Below, one piece after another: positions 20,397 to 30,132 of a DNA stretch of 64,000 bases. Position 1 is the stretch's first letter, and every line of letters begins with the position of its first letter. A program made the translations under genes and the position numbers. Source of the DNA: Candidatus Bathyarchaeota archaeon (GTDB taxonomy: Archaea > Thermoproteota > Bathyarchaeia > 40CM-2-53-6 > RBG-13-38-9); assembly GCA_963807605.1 (NCBI GenBank), contig CAWECG010000004.1, positions 416,001 through 480,000 on the forward strand. The letters are read 5' to 3'. The notes under the pieces are model-generated. The model ran no database searches, was not told the origin of the DNA, and worked only from the letters and a program-made list of their open reading frames with translations.

Positions 20397-20981
20397 TTAC
20401 CGAGTTCGTATGCGCCTTCTCGATCCGCTGGCGAAAACCAACACTACGACTACGATGATTATGTATGCTGCAAGATTCGATAGGACATATTTCCAGATAG
20501 GACTGAGGTCCATCGCCCCTGAAGCGCCACTGTAGAACCATGAGAGGGGGGCCGCGAAAGCTGAAGATGACTGCTTCAACGAGAAGAGATTGTTGATCAT
20601 CCAATTGGAGGCTAAGATGTAGGGCAGATATAATGCTGCAGCCAGAACAGCCAACAGGATAAAGGCTGCCTCAAACATCCTAGCAGGCATGATCGTATAC
20701 GAAATGGCGACTCCGCGTTTGGCCCGTATGAATGACCGTGCCTCAGTCAGATATGTCCAAGAGGAAAGCATTACAGCGAGAAAACCAATGATCGGTATGT
20801 AGACGTAGGGTATGGCCGGAAGGGAATCAAGCGGGTATGATAGGTATTCCAGACCAGTAGCTGCAAGGTAGTCTATGAAGAAGATCTCGACGAGGACTGT
20901 TGCGACAACGAGTATCAAGATTGAGGCTAGCGCTGGTGTTGAGGTCCATCGAAAAATAATTCTTCTCTGCATAGTGCTCAA
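20397..20981 (-). CDS. Membrane protein, ~4 TM
   Basis: Hydrophobic helices, basic C-terminus. Confidence 0.6.
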   Translation of the reverse strand: MSTMQRRIIFRWTSTPALASILILVVATVLVEIFFIDYLAATGLEYLSYPLDSLPAIPYVYIPIIGFLAVMLSSWTYLTEARSFIRAKRGVAISYTIMPARMFEAAFILLAVLAAALYLPYILASNWMINNLFSLKQSSSAFAAPLSWFYSGASGAMDLSPIWKYVLSNLAAYIIIVVVVLVFASGSRRRIRTR

Positions 20982-21136
20982 CTAAGACGCCTCCAATAGC
21001 CCAGAATCGCCGGTTTCCATTCTATTCTTCGATGAGAGATTAGATGCGACAATTAAGAGTATCTGTGAGTTTCATCCTCAGTCAAATTCTAGCGTGTAAT
21101 CTTTAGAGGTAGCTTCAAAGGTGGCCTTGATGGATT

Positions 21137-21285
21137 TCACTTGACCGCTTCGGGCTCTCTCCTTCTCATGAAGTCTGTATCTATAAATACGCACACAAGA
21201 TTGTCGCCGATTGCTTTCCTTGTCAATTCAGCACACGTAGTGCTGTCAACACCTCCTGAGACAGCGATTATTGCTCTGTCATCCC
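21137..21285 (-). pseudogene. GMP synthase (ATPPase subunit) fragment
   Basis: [37 protein letters not shown] then stop; only ~50 aa. Confidence 0.8.
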
Positions 21286-21545
21286 AAGGATCCAAGGGTG
21301 GAGGGCGGATAATGTTGGACCTATATTCGGTGGATAAAACGGCTACCCACGGGCTTTCTCTCATGCTTCTTGACTGACTCGTCTAAGCCATCTCTTGTAT
21401 TCTGAGTTAGCAAATACTGACGAAGATCTCGACGTAACCGTTGTGTTCAGAGATCATAGGCTTAGACGCTTCTGAGGGAACGACTTGCTGTCAGCTGCAG
21501 TCATAGAGCAAGGTTTTATCATGGTCCGCATCTAATTCTGCAAGG

Positions 21546-23159
21546 TTGGCTGAGATACACGTGGCCAACGATATAATAGGCAAAGGCACCTGGCTTGACA
21601 AGACCGCTTATGAGCTTCTTGATAGAGAGCGGAAGCTGGGAAGAAAGAATGAGGTCATAAGAACCGAGAGCGGCCTCGGGGCATCGGGCATCCCACATGT
21701 GGGAAGCCTCGGAGACTGCGTAAGAGCATTTGGACTCAAGCTTGCGCTCGAAATTCAAGGTCAAAATGCTGAGTATATCGCTTTCTCAGACGACCTAGAT
21801 GGCCTGAGAAAGGTTCCTTCAGGGTTTCCTGAGTCTCTCAAGGAGCATCTCGGACGTCCTGTATCCTTCATTCCTGATCCCTATGGATGCCACCCAAGTT
21901 ATGGGGATCACATGAGCTTCATGTTGAGAGACGCGCTTGATAGATGTGGAGTTGAGTATCGATTCTACTCTGCAACAGAGGCTTACCGCCGAGGCCTATT
22001 CAACGAACAGATAGAGCAGATCCTCACAAACGCGTCAAGAGTCGGCGAAATCATCAAGCAAGAATTGGGCCAAGAAAAATATACTGAGGTCCTACCCTAC
22101 TTCCCGATCTGTTCAAACTGCGGGAGAATCTACACAACCAGGGCATACGAGTTCCTCCCTTCAGCCAAGAGGGTTCTCTACGTCTGTGAGGACGTCAGCC
22201 TGCGGGCCAACACAGTCAAAGGTTGCGGTCACAAAGGCGACGCTGACTATACCAAAGGCGAGGGGAAGTTGAGCTGGAAAGTCGAGTTCGCAGCAAGATG
22301 GGACGCACTGAAGATCGGCTTTGAAGCATATGGAAAGGATATCGCAGATTCGGTCAAAGTCAACGATAGAATCTGTGAAGAGATCCTTGGCTATCCACCA
22401 CCTTATCACGTACGCTATGAGATGTTTCTTGATAGTGGTGGAAAGAAGATCTCAAAATCCTTGGGGAATGTCTTTACACCTCAGCTCTGGCTGAAGTATG
22501 GAACCACTCAATCACTTCTATTGTTGATGTACAAGCGAATCGTAGGAGCTAGAGTTGTCAGACCGGAGGACATCCCGTCATACATGGATGAGCTGGACGC
22601 TCTTGAGGATGTGTACTTTGGAAAGAAAAGAATTAGCGACAATAAGGAGGCTGCCAAGCTGAAAGGTCTTTTTGATTATGCTTGGCTCCTTAAGCCGCCT
22701 GATAGGGCAGACATCCATGTCCCTTATGCACTGCTAGTCAATCTCGCCTCAGTAGCTCCTGAAGGCTCTGAGGAAGAATACGTGTTGGCCAGACTCCAGA
22801 AGTACAGATACCTGAAAGACCAACCAACAGATTTGCTACTCAAGAAGATTAAATGCGCCATAAACTGGTCTAAGGACTTTTTAAAGATCGAGGCTGAACC
22901 AGTCGAACTCAGCCCTGAAGAACGTGTCGCTCTCAGGGAACTTACTGAAGCTATTCCTAAGGAAGAAGATGAGAACAGCCTACAGAACACCATCTTCAGA
23001 ATAGCTGATGGCCATGCCGTGAAACCAGGCAGATTCTTCAAGATTTTATATCTACTTCTTATAGGGTCACCATCGGGCCCTAGACTTGGAACCTATATTT
23101 TCGATCTTGGAAAGGAGAAAGCCGTGGAGACCCTGAATCGGGAACTTAAGGCTTCATGA
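21546..23159 (+). CDS. lysS: Class I lysyl-tRNA synthetase
   Basis: SGIPHVG, DDLDGLRKVP, GKLSWKVE, KISKS, SGPRLG. Confidence 0.95.
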   Translation: MAEIHVANDIIGKGTWLDKTAYELLDRERKLGRKNEVIRTESGLGASGIPHVGSLGDCVRAFGLKLALEIQGQNAEYIAFSDDLDGLRKVPSGFPESLKEHLGRPVSFIPDPYGCHPSYGDHMSFMLRDALDRCGVEYRFYSATEAYRRGLFNEQIEQILTNASRVGEIIKQELGQEKYTEVLPYFPICSNCGRIYTTRAYEFLPSAKRVLYVCEDVSLRANTVKGCGHKGDADYTKGEGKLSWKVEFAARWDALKIGFEAYGKDIADSVKVNDRICEEILGYPPPYHVRYEMFLDSGGKKISKSLGNVFTPQLWLKYGTTQSLLLLMYKRIVGARVVRPEDIPSYMDELDALEDVYFGKKRISDNKEAAKLKGLFDYAWLLKPPDRADIHVPYALLVNLASVAPEGSEEEYVLARLQKYRYLKDQPTDLLLKKIKCAINWSKDFLKIEAEPVELSPEERVALRELTEAIPKEEDENSLQNTIFRIADGHAVKPGRFFKILYLLLIGSPSGPRLGTYIFDLGKEKAVETLNRELKAS

Positions 23160-23243
23160 AAAGATATCTTTCGAGTCCTCGATTCGCCTTAGAGCAACGT
23201 AAAAATAGCGAGACAGAGTACAACTTAATGTTGGTGAAAGCCG

Positions 23244-23474
23244 GTGTCCGAAGTAGTTCTTGCCTATGAGATTGCCCTGAGAGCCCTTGACATGCGCGAT
23301 CTCGAATCAACGAGACTCTTCATCGAGATAGGGAGAACTCTGAGGGAAATAGAACCCGCGCGTCGAGGTCTAGGTCTAGGTAAAGGTCTAGGTCTAGGTA
23401 AAGGTCTAGGTCGAAGTCTTTTGACTAAGAAGTCTTTTTCGCAAGAAGCAGTCACCCCGAGGCCACGTCGGTAA
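23244..23474 (+). CDS. Small hypothetical protein with GLGLGK repeat
   Basis: GTG start with GGTGA SD; 76 aa. Confidence 0.4.
   Translation: MSEVVLAYEIALRALDMRDLESTRLFIEIGRTLREIEPARRGLGLGKGLGLGKGLGRSLLTKKSFSQEAVTPRPRR
23367..23412 (+). repeat. 18-bp tandem repeat (GGTCTAGGTCTAGGTAAA x ~2.5)
   Basis: Directly visible. Confidence 0.9.
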
Positions 23475-23600
23475 CGGAACAGCCTGATTACACAAAGATT
23501 CTTTCTCTAAGTGATGCGGACGCGCAGCAGTCAAGTTTTTGATATCTTGTCGCGTAGCTGGAAACCTTATACGGAATAAAGGCGAAGAAGGCTGACCAAC

Positions 23601-23696
23601 GGGCCCGTAGTCTAGTCAGGATCAAGACGCTGAAGCAAACGCTGCGTAAGCCTGCGAAGCCGGAGATCCGGGGTTCAAGTCCCCGCGGGCCCGCCA
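23601..23696 (+). tRNA. tRNA-Arg(GCG) with 17-nt non-canonical intron at position 29/30 (23633-23649)
   Basis: Acceptor GGGCCCG/CGGGCCC; D stem GTCT/AGAC; T arm CGGGG-TTCAAGT-CCCCG; CCA encoded; removing the intron gives anticodon stem CTGGC/GCCGG with loop CT-GCG-AA; BHB helix ACGC/GCGT with TGA and AAG bulges. Confidence 0.92.
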
Positions 23697-23743
23697 CAAT
23701 ATTGGCTCAGATACGTTAATATGTAAGCCAGATACTCATACTC

Positions 23744-25270
23744 TTGAGCCACTTTACCTTGAAACCAGTCAAGAAATACGCTCATCTGCTCAAGGATGAA
23801 GATGTACGTCGCTGGCTTGAAAATCTGGAACGTGGAAGCCCAATAACGGCCGAGGTTGCCTGGAGAAGAATTGGGCGAGCATGCGAACTACTCAACACAA
23901 CCCCACAACAGATGGTAGAGTCTGCAAAGAAAAACCTGAATCAATTACAAGACTCACTCGCAGACATGGTTGCGGATCTCGAGAACCAGAAGAAGGCCCC
24001 AAGCTACATCCTAGGAATCCTGAAGGCAGCAAAGTCCTGGCTCAAATACAACAACATCACCATGACAAGAACGATAAAGGTCAGCAACGCAAGCGCTACT
24101 CCAACCGTCGATGACGAACAGGTCCCAACCAAGGAGGAGCTAGCCAGGATATTGCATGCCTCTCCACCGAGAATAAAGGTTGCCGAGGTTTTGATGGCAT
24201 TCGCAGACCTCAGACCCGAAACCATAGGAAACCACAACGGAAGCGACGGACTAACCATTGGCGACTTGCCCGAACTCAAGATCGAGAATAACCAGATATC
24301 TTTTACGAAGATGCCTACCATGCTTGTGGTCAGACGACCACTCAGCAAGACTAGAAAGAAATACTTCACCTTCCTCTCAAAGGAAGGATGTGACATCCTC
24401 AAGGAATACCTTGAACAACGCCTACGCGCCGGCGAGAAACTGACTCCCGACACTCCATTAATCGGCTATGAAAAACCCGGCAACGTGAAGAACCGGTTCT
24501 CATCAACCAGAAGAATAGGATACTTGATCAGAAACTATATGCGAGCAGCAGGAGTCCACAAGAGACCCTACGTGCTGCGAGCCTACGCAGAGACACAGCT
24601 GATCATAGTTGAAGGAAAGGGAAAGATCAGCCACCCCTACTTACAGTTCATAGCAGGACACAAAGGCGACATCGAAGCCACCTACAGCACAAACAAGGGA
24701 AGACTCTCCCCAGACATGATAGCAGACATGCGATCGCAATATCAAGCATGCGAACCCTTCCTGAATACAACAGCCACAATCTCGGATCAAAGCGACGTCG
24801 TCAAACAGACAAAGCTTGAAGTCTTGAAATCCCTCGCCAGAAGCATGGGAATAGACGTCAAAGACATCACACTAAACAAAGCAACAATGCTGAAGAGAGA
24901 ACTGACCATAGAAGAAGAACTTGAACTATACGAAGACAACCTCAAAAACCTCACAGAAAGACCAGCACCCATACCTGAAGACGAAGAACACAGATACAAG
25001 AGCAAACTCGTCACAGAAGACAAGCTGGAAAAGTACCTGAATAACGGATGGGAAATGGTCCAGATCATAAACAGCAAAATACTCATACGCAGAAGACTCC
25101 CCACTCCAGAAACAAAAGAAAAACAGGAAACAATAGAATCTTACCTCGAAGCAGAAGAGAAGAAAGCACGAAAGCCTCACACCGAGGCTGAAGAGGAAAC
25201 TGAAGTAAAACTCACAAGAGAAACCAAGAAAGCCTTAGCAGGACTCAGCGAACTAGCGGACAAGAGGTAG
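23744..25270 (+). CDS. Tyrosine recombinase/integrase with C-terminal extension
   Basis: Catalytic R (DLRPE), K (SKT), YxxR (PYVLR, in place of HxxR), H (AGH), Y (EATY); starts 47 bp after the tRNA. Confidence 0.88.
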   Translation: MSHFTLKPVKKYAHLLKDEDVRRWLENLERGSPITAEVAWRRIGRACELLNTTPQQMVESAKKNLNQLQDSLADMVADLENQKKAPSYILGILKAAKSWLKYNNITMTRTIKVSNASATPTVDDEQVPTKEELARILHASPPRIKVAEVLMAFADLRPETIGNHNGSDGLTIGDLPELKIENNQISFTKMPTMLVVRRPLSKTRKKYFTFLSKEGCDILKEYLEQRLRAGEKLTPDTPLIGYEKPGNVKNRFSSTRRIGYLIRNYMRAAGVHKRPYVLRAYAETQLIIVEGKGKISHPYLQFIAGHKGDIEATYSTNKGRLSPDMIADMRSQYQACEPFLNTTATISDQSDVVKQTKLEVLKSLARSMGIDVKDITLNKATMLKRELTIEEELELYEDNLKNLTERPAPIPEDEEHRYKSKLVTEDKLEKYLNNGWEMVQIINSKILIRRRLPTPETKEKQETIESYLEAEEKKARKPHTEAEEETEVKLTRETKKALAGLSELADKR

Positions 25271-25421
25271 ACTCGTTTAAGAAAACAAGCCAGAAAAGAG
25301 ACCTAAACACAAGCCTGCATCTGTATAAAGCTGAGCATAGTTTCATATAATTCTCAGCCGACACACCCGACACGACACGACGGGGCATCCCACCAGTTTT
25401 TCAAGGGTAGTAGGGTGAAAG

Positions 25422-25589
25422 ATCGGTTTTACACGAAAAAATCGGTTTTACACACGACGGACATCGGTTTTACAACCCCCACATCTCTCATTTTGTATAG
25501 ATGTAAGCCCTAAATCCTATCAAAATGACGGATTTACATGCCCATCTCAAAAGGTGCCATAGATCCCTCCTGTGTGAATCGGTTTTACA
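25422..25589 (+). repeat. Four direct repeats of ATCGGTTTTACA (25422, 25441, 25463, 25578)
   Basis: Exact 12-mers; iteron-like or arm-site-like. Confidence 0.85.
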
Positions 25590-26228
25590 AGCTCCGTCTT
25601 TCTCGGTTTTGCTTGCTAGAGGGTGTCTTTTTTACTGTTTTTAGCTGTTCTGGGATGGTTATTTTAGGGTTTTACTGTGATTGTTGTTTTTGCTTTGTTG
25701 TTTGTGGTTATTGCTCTATTGTTATTCTTACCTGGTTCTTTTCTATTTCCTGTTTTGTGTTCTTACCTTGTTATCTTGCTCTTTACTGTTGTTAGCTTAT
25801 GCTGTGTAGTCTTTAGGGTTCTTTTCCTCTGTGTATGAAGGATTGATTGTTATCCTGCACTCTATCTTACCCTTTATTGCTCTTACGCTCTCCTGCAGCA
25901 CTTTCGCCAAATCTCGATCATTCTTCTTCTCTCCATCTATGCACAGCTCCAAAGCCCTTGATCTACACAGTGATCCATCATCAGACTTGCCCTCTATCCG
26001 CCTCTTTCCCTTTGTCCCTAGCGATCGCTAACACATTGTTCTTTACGGTTTACGGAATGGTCTGTCTATTCTCTCAATCAGATTTACTATGTCCTGCTCT
26101 TTCACTTCTTACATGTCGAACCAATTCAGAAGATAGGTGGTGCGGGGAGTGGGATTTGGATTAAGTTCGGTTCCCTAACCTTACACTAATTACCAGCTGA
26201 TGATCAACGTTTCTCAGATATCACACTT

Positions 26229-26315
26229 GTCGTTCTAACAGTTCAAATTCGGGCGCTCTCACCAGCATGTCACACACACAAAATTGCGTGTTCCTCGCTT
26301 CGCTCGCATAACCAT
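26229..26315 (+). repeat. Degenerate direct repeat R, copy 1, containing tRNA 3' fragment GTTCAAATTCGGGCGCTCTCACCA (26241-26264)
   Basis: Shares gtcgtt..cagtt, ctcaccagc.atg.cacacac, ctcgct..cgctcgc, aaccat with 28394-28476. Confidence 0.65.
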
Positions 26316-26464
26316 TCCTTTGGTTTTCCTTTTTTGTTGGTGGTAGGCGATATGGTACCAATCTCGGATCGCTCTACATTTAGAAGCAAAGGCGACCAGG
26401 TTAGGTCACGGTGCCCACGCTGACGCTAGCAGCGCATTATCGTTTCGATAACGATACGATACTC

Positions 26465-26842
26465 TCAGAGATGTAGCTGCAGGACTGTGACGACAAAGCC
26501 TCTACGTTTCGCGTACTTCATGAAACGCCTCTGACCTGGCGTGAGGCTGCTGTTATTGACCTTGACCTCCAGAAACGCCAGGGTCGAGCCTGTATTCACA
26601 AGATAGTCCACACCAGAAGCTCCAGGCCGAGGATCCCTCAAGAAGTGCCTTAAGACCGCTGCGACTTTCTGCTGCTGCTCCTCTGATCCCTGGCTGTATG
26701 TTGCCAGGCTTGAAGTGTCCGCACGTGTGAATTGCCAGCGCTTCCCCTTAAGCCAGCTCTCGACCGCCTGCTCTCCTCTCTCCCCTACCGATAGCCAAGG
26801 CTTGCCGTCCATTTCATCAAACATTCCTGATAGTGCGGACAC
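26465..26842 (-). CDS. Small PD-(D/E)xK nuclease (VRR-NUC/Hjc-like)
   Basis: GERGE..V..WL, GVDYLV, FLEVK, LTPGQRRF. Confidence 0.75.
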   Translation of the reverse strand: MSALSGMFDEMDGKPWLSVGERGEQAVESWLKGKRWQFTRADTSSLATYSQGSEEQQQKVAAVLRHFLRDPRPGASGVDYLVNTGSTLAFLEVKVNNSSLTPGQRRFMKYAKRRGFVVTVLQLHL

Positions 26843-26866
26843 CTAGACCCTCTCGGACGTTGCAGG

Positions 26867-27958
26867 TTAGGTCAGCAGATACGATTTAACGCACGAAATC
26901 ACGTCCTTAAGATCGAGGGACGCAAGGTCTTCAAAGTACTCGTGGAGCTGCGGCTTGTGTCCTCTCGCCTCAGATGACAGCTCAAACCTCCGCTCTGAGG
27001 GCAGGTTCAGAAGTAGAGCGCATCTTATCAGAGTTCTAACGGCGCTTTCGTGCTCCTCTTGCGCATCTCTGAAATGCTTACTTTCCTTGAAAACAATTCT
27101 CCCCTCCTCATCGCAGCTGCAAAGTCCAACGTCTTCCTTAGCAAAATCGTCTCTCGTGCAATAAGGTCCCGCAACAAAACCTTGGGTGTAAAATGTGCTC
27201 ACGCTTATGTATTTCTCCAGTTGGCCTATGCCGCTTCCGGTCGAATGAGATTTCGTTCCCCTATCATAAGATTCAGCTTCAACGCAAGCTATCTCTGTCT
27301 TCCCGTCAAGGCGTGGAAGCTTCTCCGCATTCTCACGCTGGGGAAGCAACTCCAATTCCTCAATGAACGCCCCTTTTGACAGTAGACCCCCATCGACCAG
27401 AGCTTTAAGATATTCAGGAATGTAGTAACCGTAAATGTCTCCACCGCCGACTGTGTAATTTCCCACGAAGTATCCCATTTCTCTAAGCTTCAAACCGGTC
27501 ACGTATTCCCAGAAATCTTCCCCAGAACCGCATGCAGCCCAAACAATACAATCAGTGGGGTTAAGTCCAAGGCTTCGGGTCTCTTCCACGAACTCTTTGA
27601 AGCGAAATGGCCCTATGTTCCCCCTCCTAGAGACTGGTGGATCTCTGATAAACAGGTACTTTTCAGACTTGAAGTCTGGAAATAGCTCTAGATATTTTGA
27701 GATTGGAAGAGAGAGTAAAGCAGTAAGTTCGTTGGTCCTGTAGATATATTCGAGATCGGTCCCTGGGTATGATCGTAGTTGTAGCTGTTCTTGGTAGGAT
27801 GAGCCTCCTACAAGGGGGTTGAACTTGATTCCGAGTCTCTCGTTGTAGACGAAAGTTGCACTTGTATAGATCGATAGAATGATAGCGTCTCTGGCACTGA
27901 TTACAAAATCTGCTTTGTTGCTGGGGTCTTTTCGGAAGATCGAGAAGTTACTCAACAC
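26867..27958 (-). CDS. Restriction-endonuclease-fold protein
   Basis: GEDFWEY..LREMGY, GDIYG, VEAES, GIGQLEKY. Confidence 0.55.
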   Translation of the reverse strand: MLSNFSIFRKDPSNKADFVISARDAIILSIYTSATFVYNERLGIKFNPLVGGSSYQEQLQLRSYPGTDLEYIYRTNELTALLSLPISKYLELFPDFKSEKYLFIRDPPVSRRGNIGPFRFKEFVEETRSLGLNPTDCIVWAACGSGEDFWEYVTGLKLREMGYFVGNYTVGGGDIYGYYIPEYLKALVDGGLLSKGAFIEELELLPQRENAEKLPRLDGKTEIACVEAESYDRGTKSHSTGSGIGQLEKYISVSTFYTQGFVAGPYCTRDDFAKEDVGLCSCDEEGRIVFKESKHFRDAQEEHESAVRTLIRCALLLNLPSERRFELSSEARGHKPQLHEYFEDLASLDLKDVISCVKSYLLT

Positions 27959-28062
27959 CTTTTTGGCGGTCTGCGAATCTAGCAGACGCTCTCTTGTCTT
28001 GGGTATTGCTCGTTCCCTCCTATGAGGTGCTCATCTAACAGGATTGAGCCCATTACACGAGA

Positions 28063-28335
28063 TTAACGCTTTATCTGAAGGTTAGACCGTAGAGACGTTA
28101 ACTCAGCGTTGACTCGCACCACTTTTTCCTCTGTATCAAGTTTCAACACTTGTTTGAAATGTCTTTCTGCGCTTTTGTTGAGTTTTGGTATGAAGTCAAC
28201 TTTTTGCCCTTTGGTACTCCAAACAGGTGAGACTCCTCGGTCAGCAAGCCATTTTAACACTCCCTCCGGAGAACCGAGATTCCACTCTCGAAGAAGCGAC
28301 TTTGGCATACTAGAACCAACGGACACGTTCAACAC
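28063..28335 (-). CDS. Hypothetical protein or gene fragment
   Basis: 90-aa ORF upstream of the nuclease pair. Confidence 0.3.
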   Translation of the reverse strand: MLNVSVGSSMPKSLLREWNLGSPEGVLKWLADRGVSPVWSTKGQKVDFIPKLNKSAERHFKQVLKLDTEEKVVRVNAELTSLRSNLQIKR

Positions 28336-28393
28336 TTGCTTGCTATTTAGTTTTTGTTGATTAGTCGGTCACGCTTCAGGAGGAAGTTGAACC

Positions 28394-28494
28394 GTCGTTT
28401 CTGTCAGTTTTGTGCGTGTGCTCACCAGCTATGGCACACACGTCGTAACGGCTCGCTATCGCTCGCCGTGAACCATCAGGGGAAGAACCCCTGA
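28394..28494 (+). repeat. Repeat R, copy 2, including hairpin ACGGC..GCCGT and followed by hairpin TCAGGGG-AAGAA-CCCCTGA
   Basis: Similarity to 26229-26315; inverted repeats at 28448-28469 and 28476-28494. Confidence 0.65.
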
Positions 28495-28552
28495 AACCCC
28501 TCTCTGCCGAAGATCTTAAAGGATAGCATCTTGCACTCTAAATAGGGTCTTA

Positions 28553-29101
28553 ATGACCCAAGATAAACTAAGATGGTGGAAGATAGTACTATTTGCAGTG
28601 CCTTTACTCGTTACAATAATTCTTGCAGTCTATGTTTCAGCCGCTATCCTGTACACTTCAACCTTAACAAGTCAATACTCTATATCTTCGGCTAATTATC
28701 AGATAACTGTTCGACTCATTGGGTCAGGTGGTGGTGGTACCATCATAGACCCAACCAGTACAATCTATTGGAATAACGCTATAGCTTTGACTGCCGGACA
28801 TACATACGACTCACAATTTCTTTTTAGTGGTTTAATATATGCTACTCTCTGCATGCAAGTGATAAATACTGGAGCAAACACTGTTACACTAAGCGTTTCA
28901 TCAAATCTTCCGGCTAGTCAAGGAACAATAAGTTGGTCCGACTATACTGGGGTTAACGCTATCAGTGGAAACTCAGTTAATAGTCCCTTGGCTCCAGGAG
29001 GTTCCACGGGGACAATCATTCTACATCTCAATTTAGCATCGACCGCCCAGCCAACAACGGGTATTGCGACATTTCACATATATGTCAATGCAAATGGCTA
29101 G
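28553..29101 (+). CDS. N-terminally membrane-anchored Ser/Thr/Asn-rich surface protein
   Basis: Signal/TM helix followed by a beta-rich domain. Confidence 0.7.
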   Translation: MTQDKLRWWKIVLFAVPLLVTIILAVYVSAAILYTSTLTSQYSISSANYQITVRLIGSGGGGTIIDPTSTIYWNNAIALTAGHTYDSQFLFSGLIYATLCMQVINTGANTVTLSVSSNLPASQGTISWSDYTGVNAISGNSVNSPLAPGGSTGTIILHLNLASTAQPTTGIATFHIYVNANG

Positions 29102-29154
29102 CAAGATTACTCTGCCATCGCATGCTGTCCGCTTTATAATGCGGGGGAATTGAC

Positions 29155-29874
29155 CTGAGGGGCCGGCTCAAATACGTAGTAGCCATGTTAGCTTTTCTTA
29201 GCCTTGTGGCTCTAGCTAGAGCAGCAGTCCAGTACACATCCACGTTCACAAGCGAATATAGTGTGGCTCCCATCACAACAACTACCTCAACCCCTGCCAC
29301 AACAACAACTACTTCGGGAAGCACGTCAACAACAACTACCTCAACCATTACCACTCCTCACGCACGTGTCCCCCCAGGATTAGAGGGAGCCTGGGCACAT
29401 TCAAATATGAGTGTTGGCGCAAGGGCAGTGACTCAGGCCATATTTCTGAGAGGGCACCACGCGGTAGAGCTAGCATCTATAGCCATAACGGCAAACTCTA
29501 GCAACCAAATGATCCGGAATGTCGCTTACAACGATACGATTGTCCAAGTAGGGTTTGATCATAATGCGTCCTGCCAGTTGCTCATCAACTCATCTGCGAT
29601 GCCAACTGCAGTGTACGCAGATGACATAGTGCTCTTGGAGAAGCAATCAACGGCTGGATTGACGCCTCAGAGTGAGGCATGGGTCTACAACCAGAATAGT
29701 AGCGCCATTACAATCTTCGCTGATCCGTCAACCGTTACCATCTTCTATGGCTCAGCACCAGTTCCGGAATTTCCTGTCGCTTCAACTAGTCTATTGCTGC
29801 TCGTAACCTTCACTGCAGCCATAATTGTGGCCACACTAACAAGAAGAGAAGAAGGAAGAGGGCAAAAGCAGTAG
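29155..29874 (+). CDS. Thr-rich cell-surface protein with PEF-CTERM-type sorting signal (probable CTG start)
   Basis: Signal peptide, poly-Thr linker, VPEFP + TM + RR tail; CTG at 29155 in frame with ATG 29185 supplies the basic n-region. Confidence 0.75.
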   Translation: MRGRLKYVVAMLAFLSLVALARAAVQYTSTFTSEYSVAPITTTTSTPATTTTTSGSTSTTTTSTITTPHARVPPGLEGAWAHSNMSVGARAVTQAIFLRGHHAVELASIAITANSSNQMIRNVAYNDTIVQVGFDHNASCQLLINSSAMPTAVYADDIVLLEKQSTAGLTPQSEAWVYNQNSSAITIFADPSTVTIFYGSAPVPEFPVASTSLLLLVTFTAAIIVATLTRREEGRGQKQ

Positions 29875-30132
29875 AGGCGCCGCCACAAGCCTAACGACAA
29901 ACTTCCACGATCCCCTGAAACCTCTGAACCAGCCTCAGAACTTCATAAGAATGCCCCTACATATGTAGAGTCAGAATTCGGTCCAATTATAACCGAACAG
30001 GACCCCACCACGCCACAAAACACAGAGAAAGAGTTCTAAGAGATGTGAATAGTCGGTCAATCGACCTTGAATGCGCTCTATGGTGTCATGCTTTCCATCG
30101 TTTTGTTTCAGTTCAATGTCTGACGTGATTGG

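Noticed and set aside
23488-23697. 69-aa minus-strand ORF
   Set aside because: Antisense shadow of the tRNA gene.
25538-26164. Cys/Phe-rich ORFs
   Set aside because: Arise from a T-rich low-complexity tract; no protein-like features.
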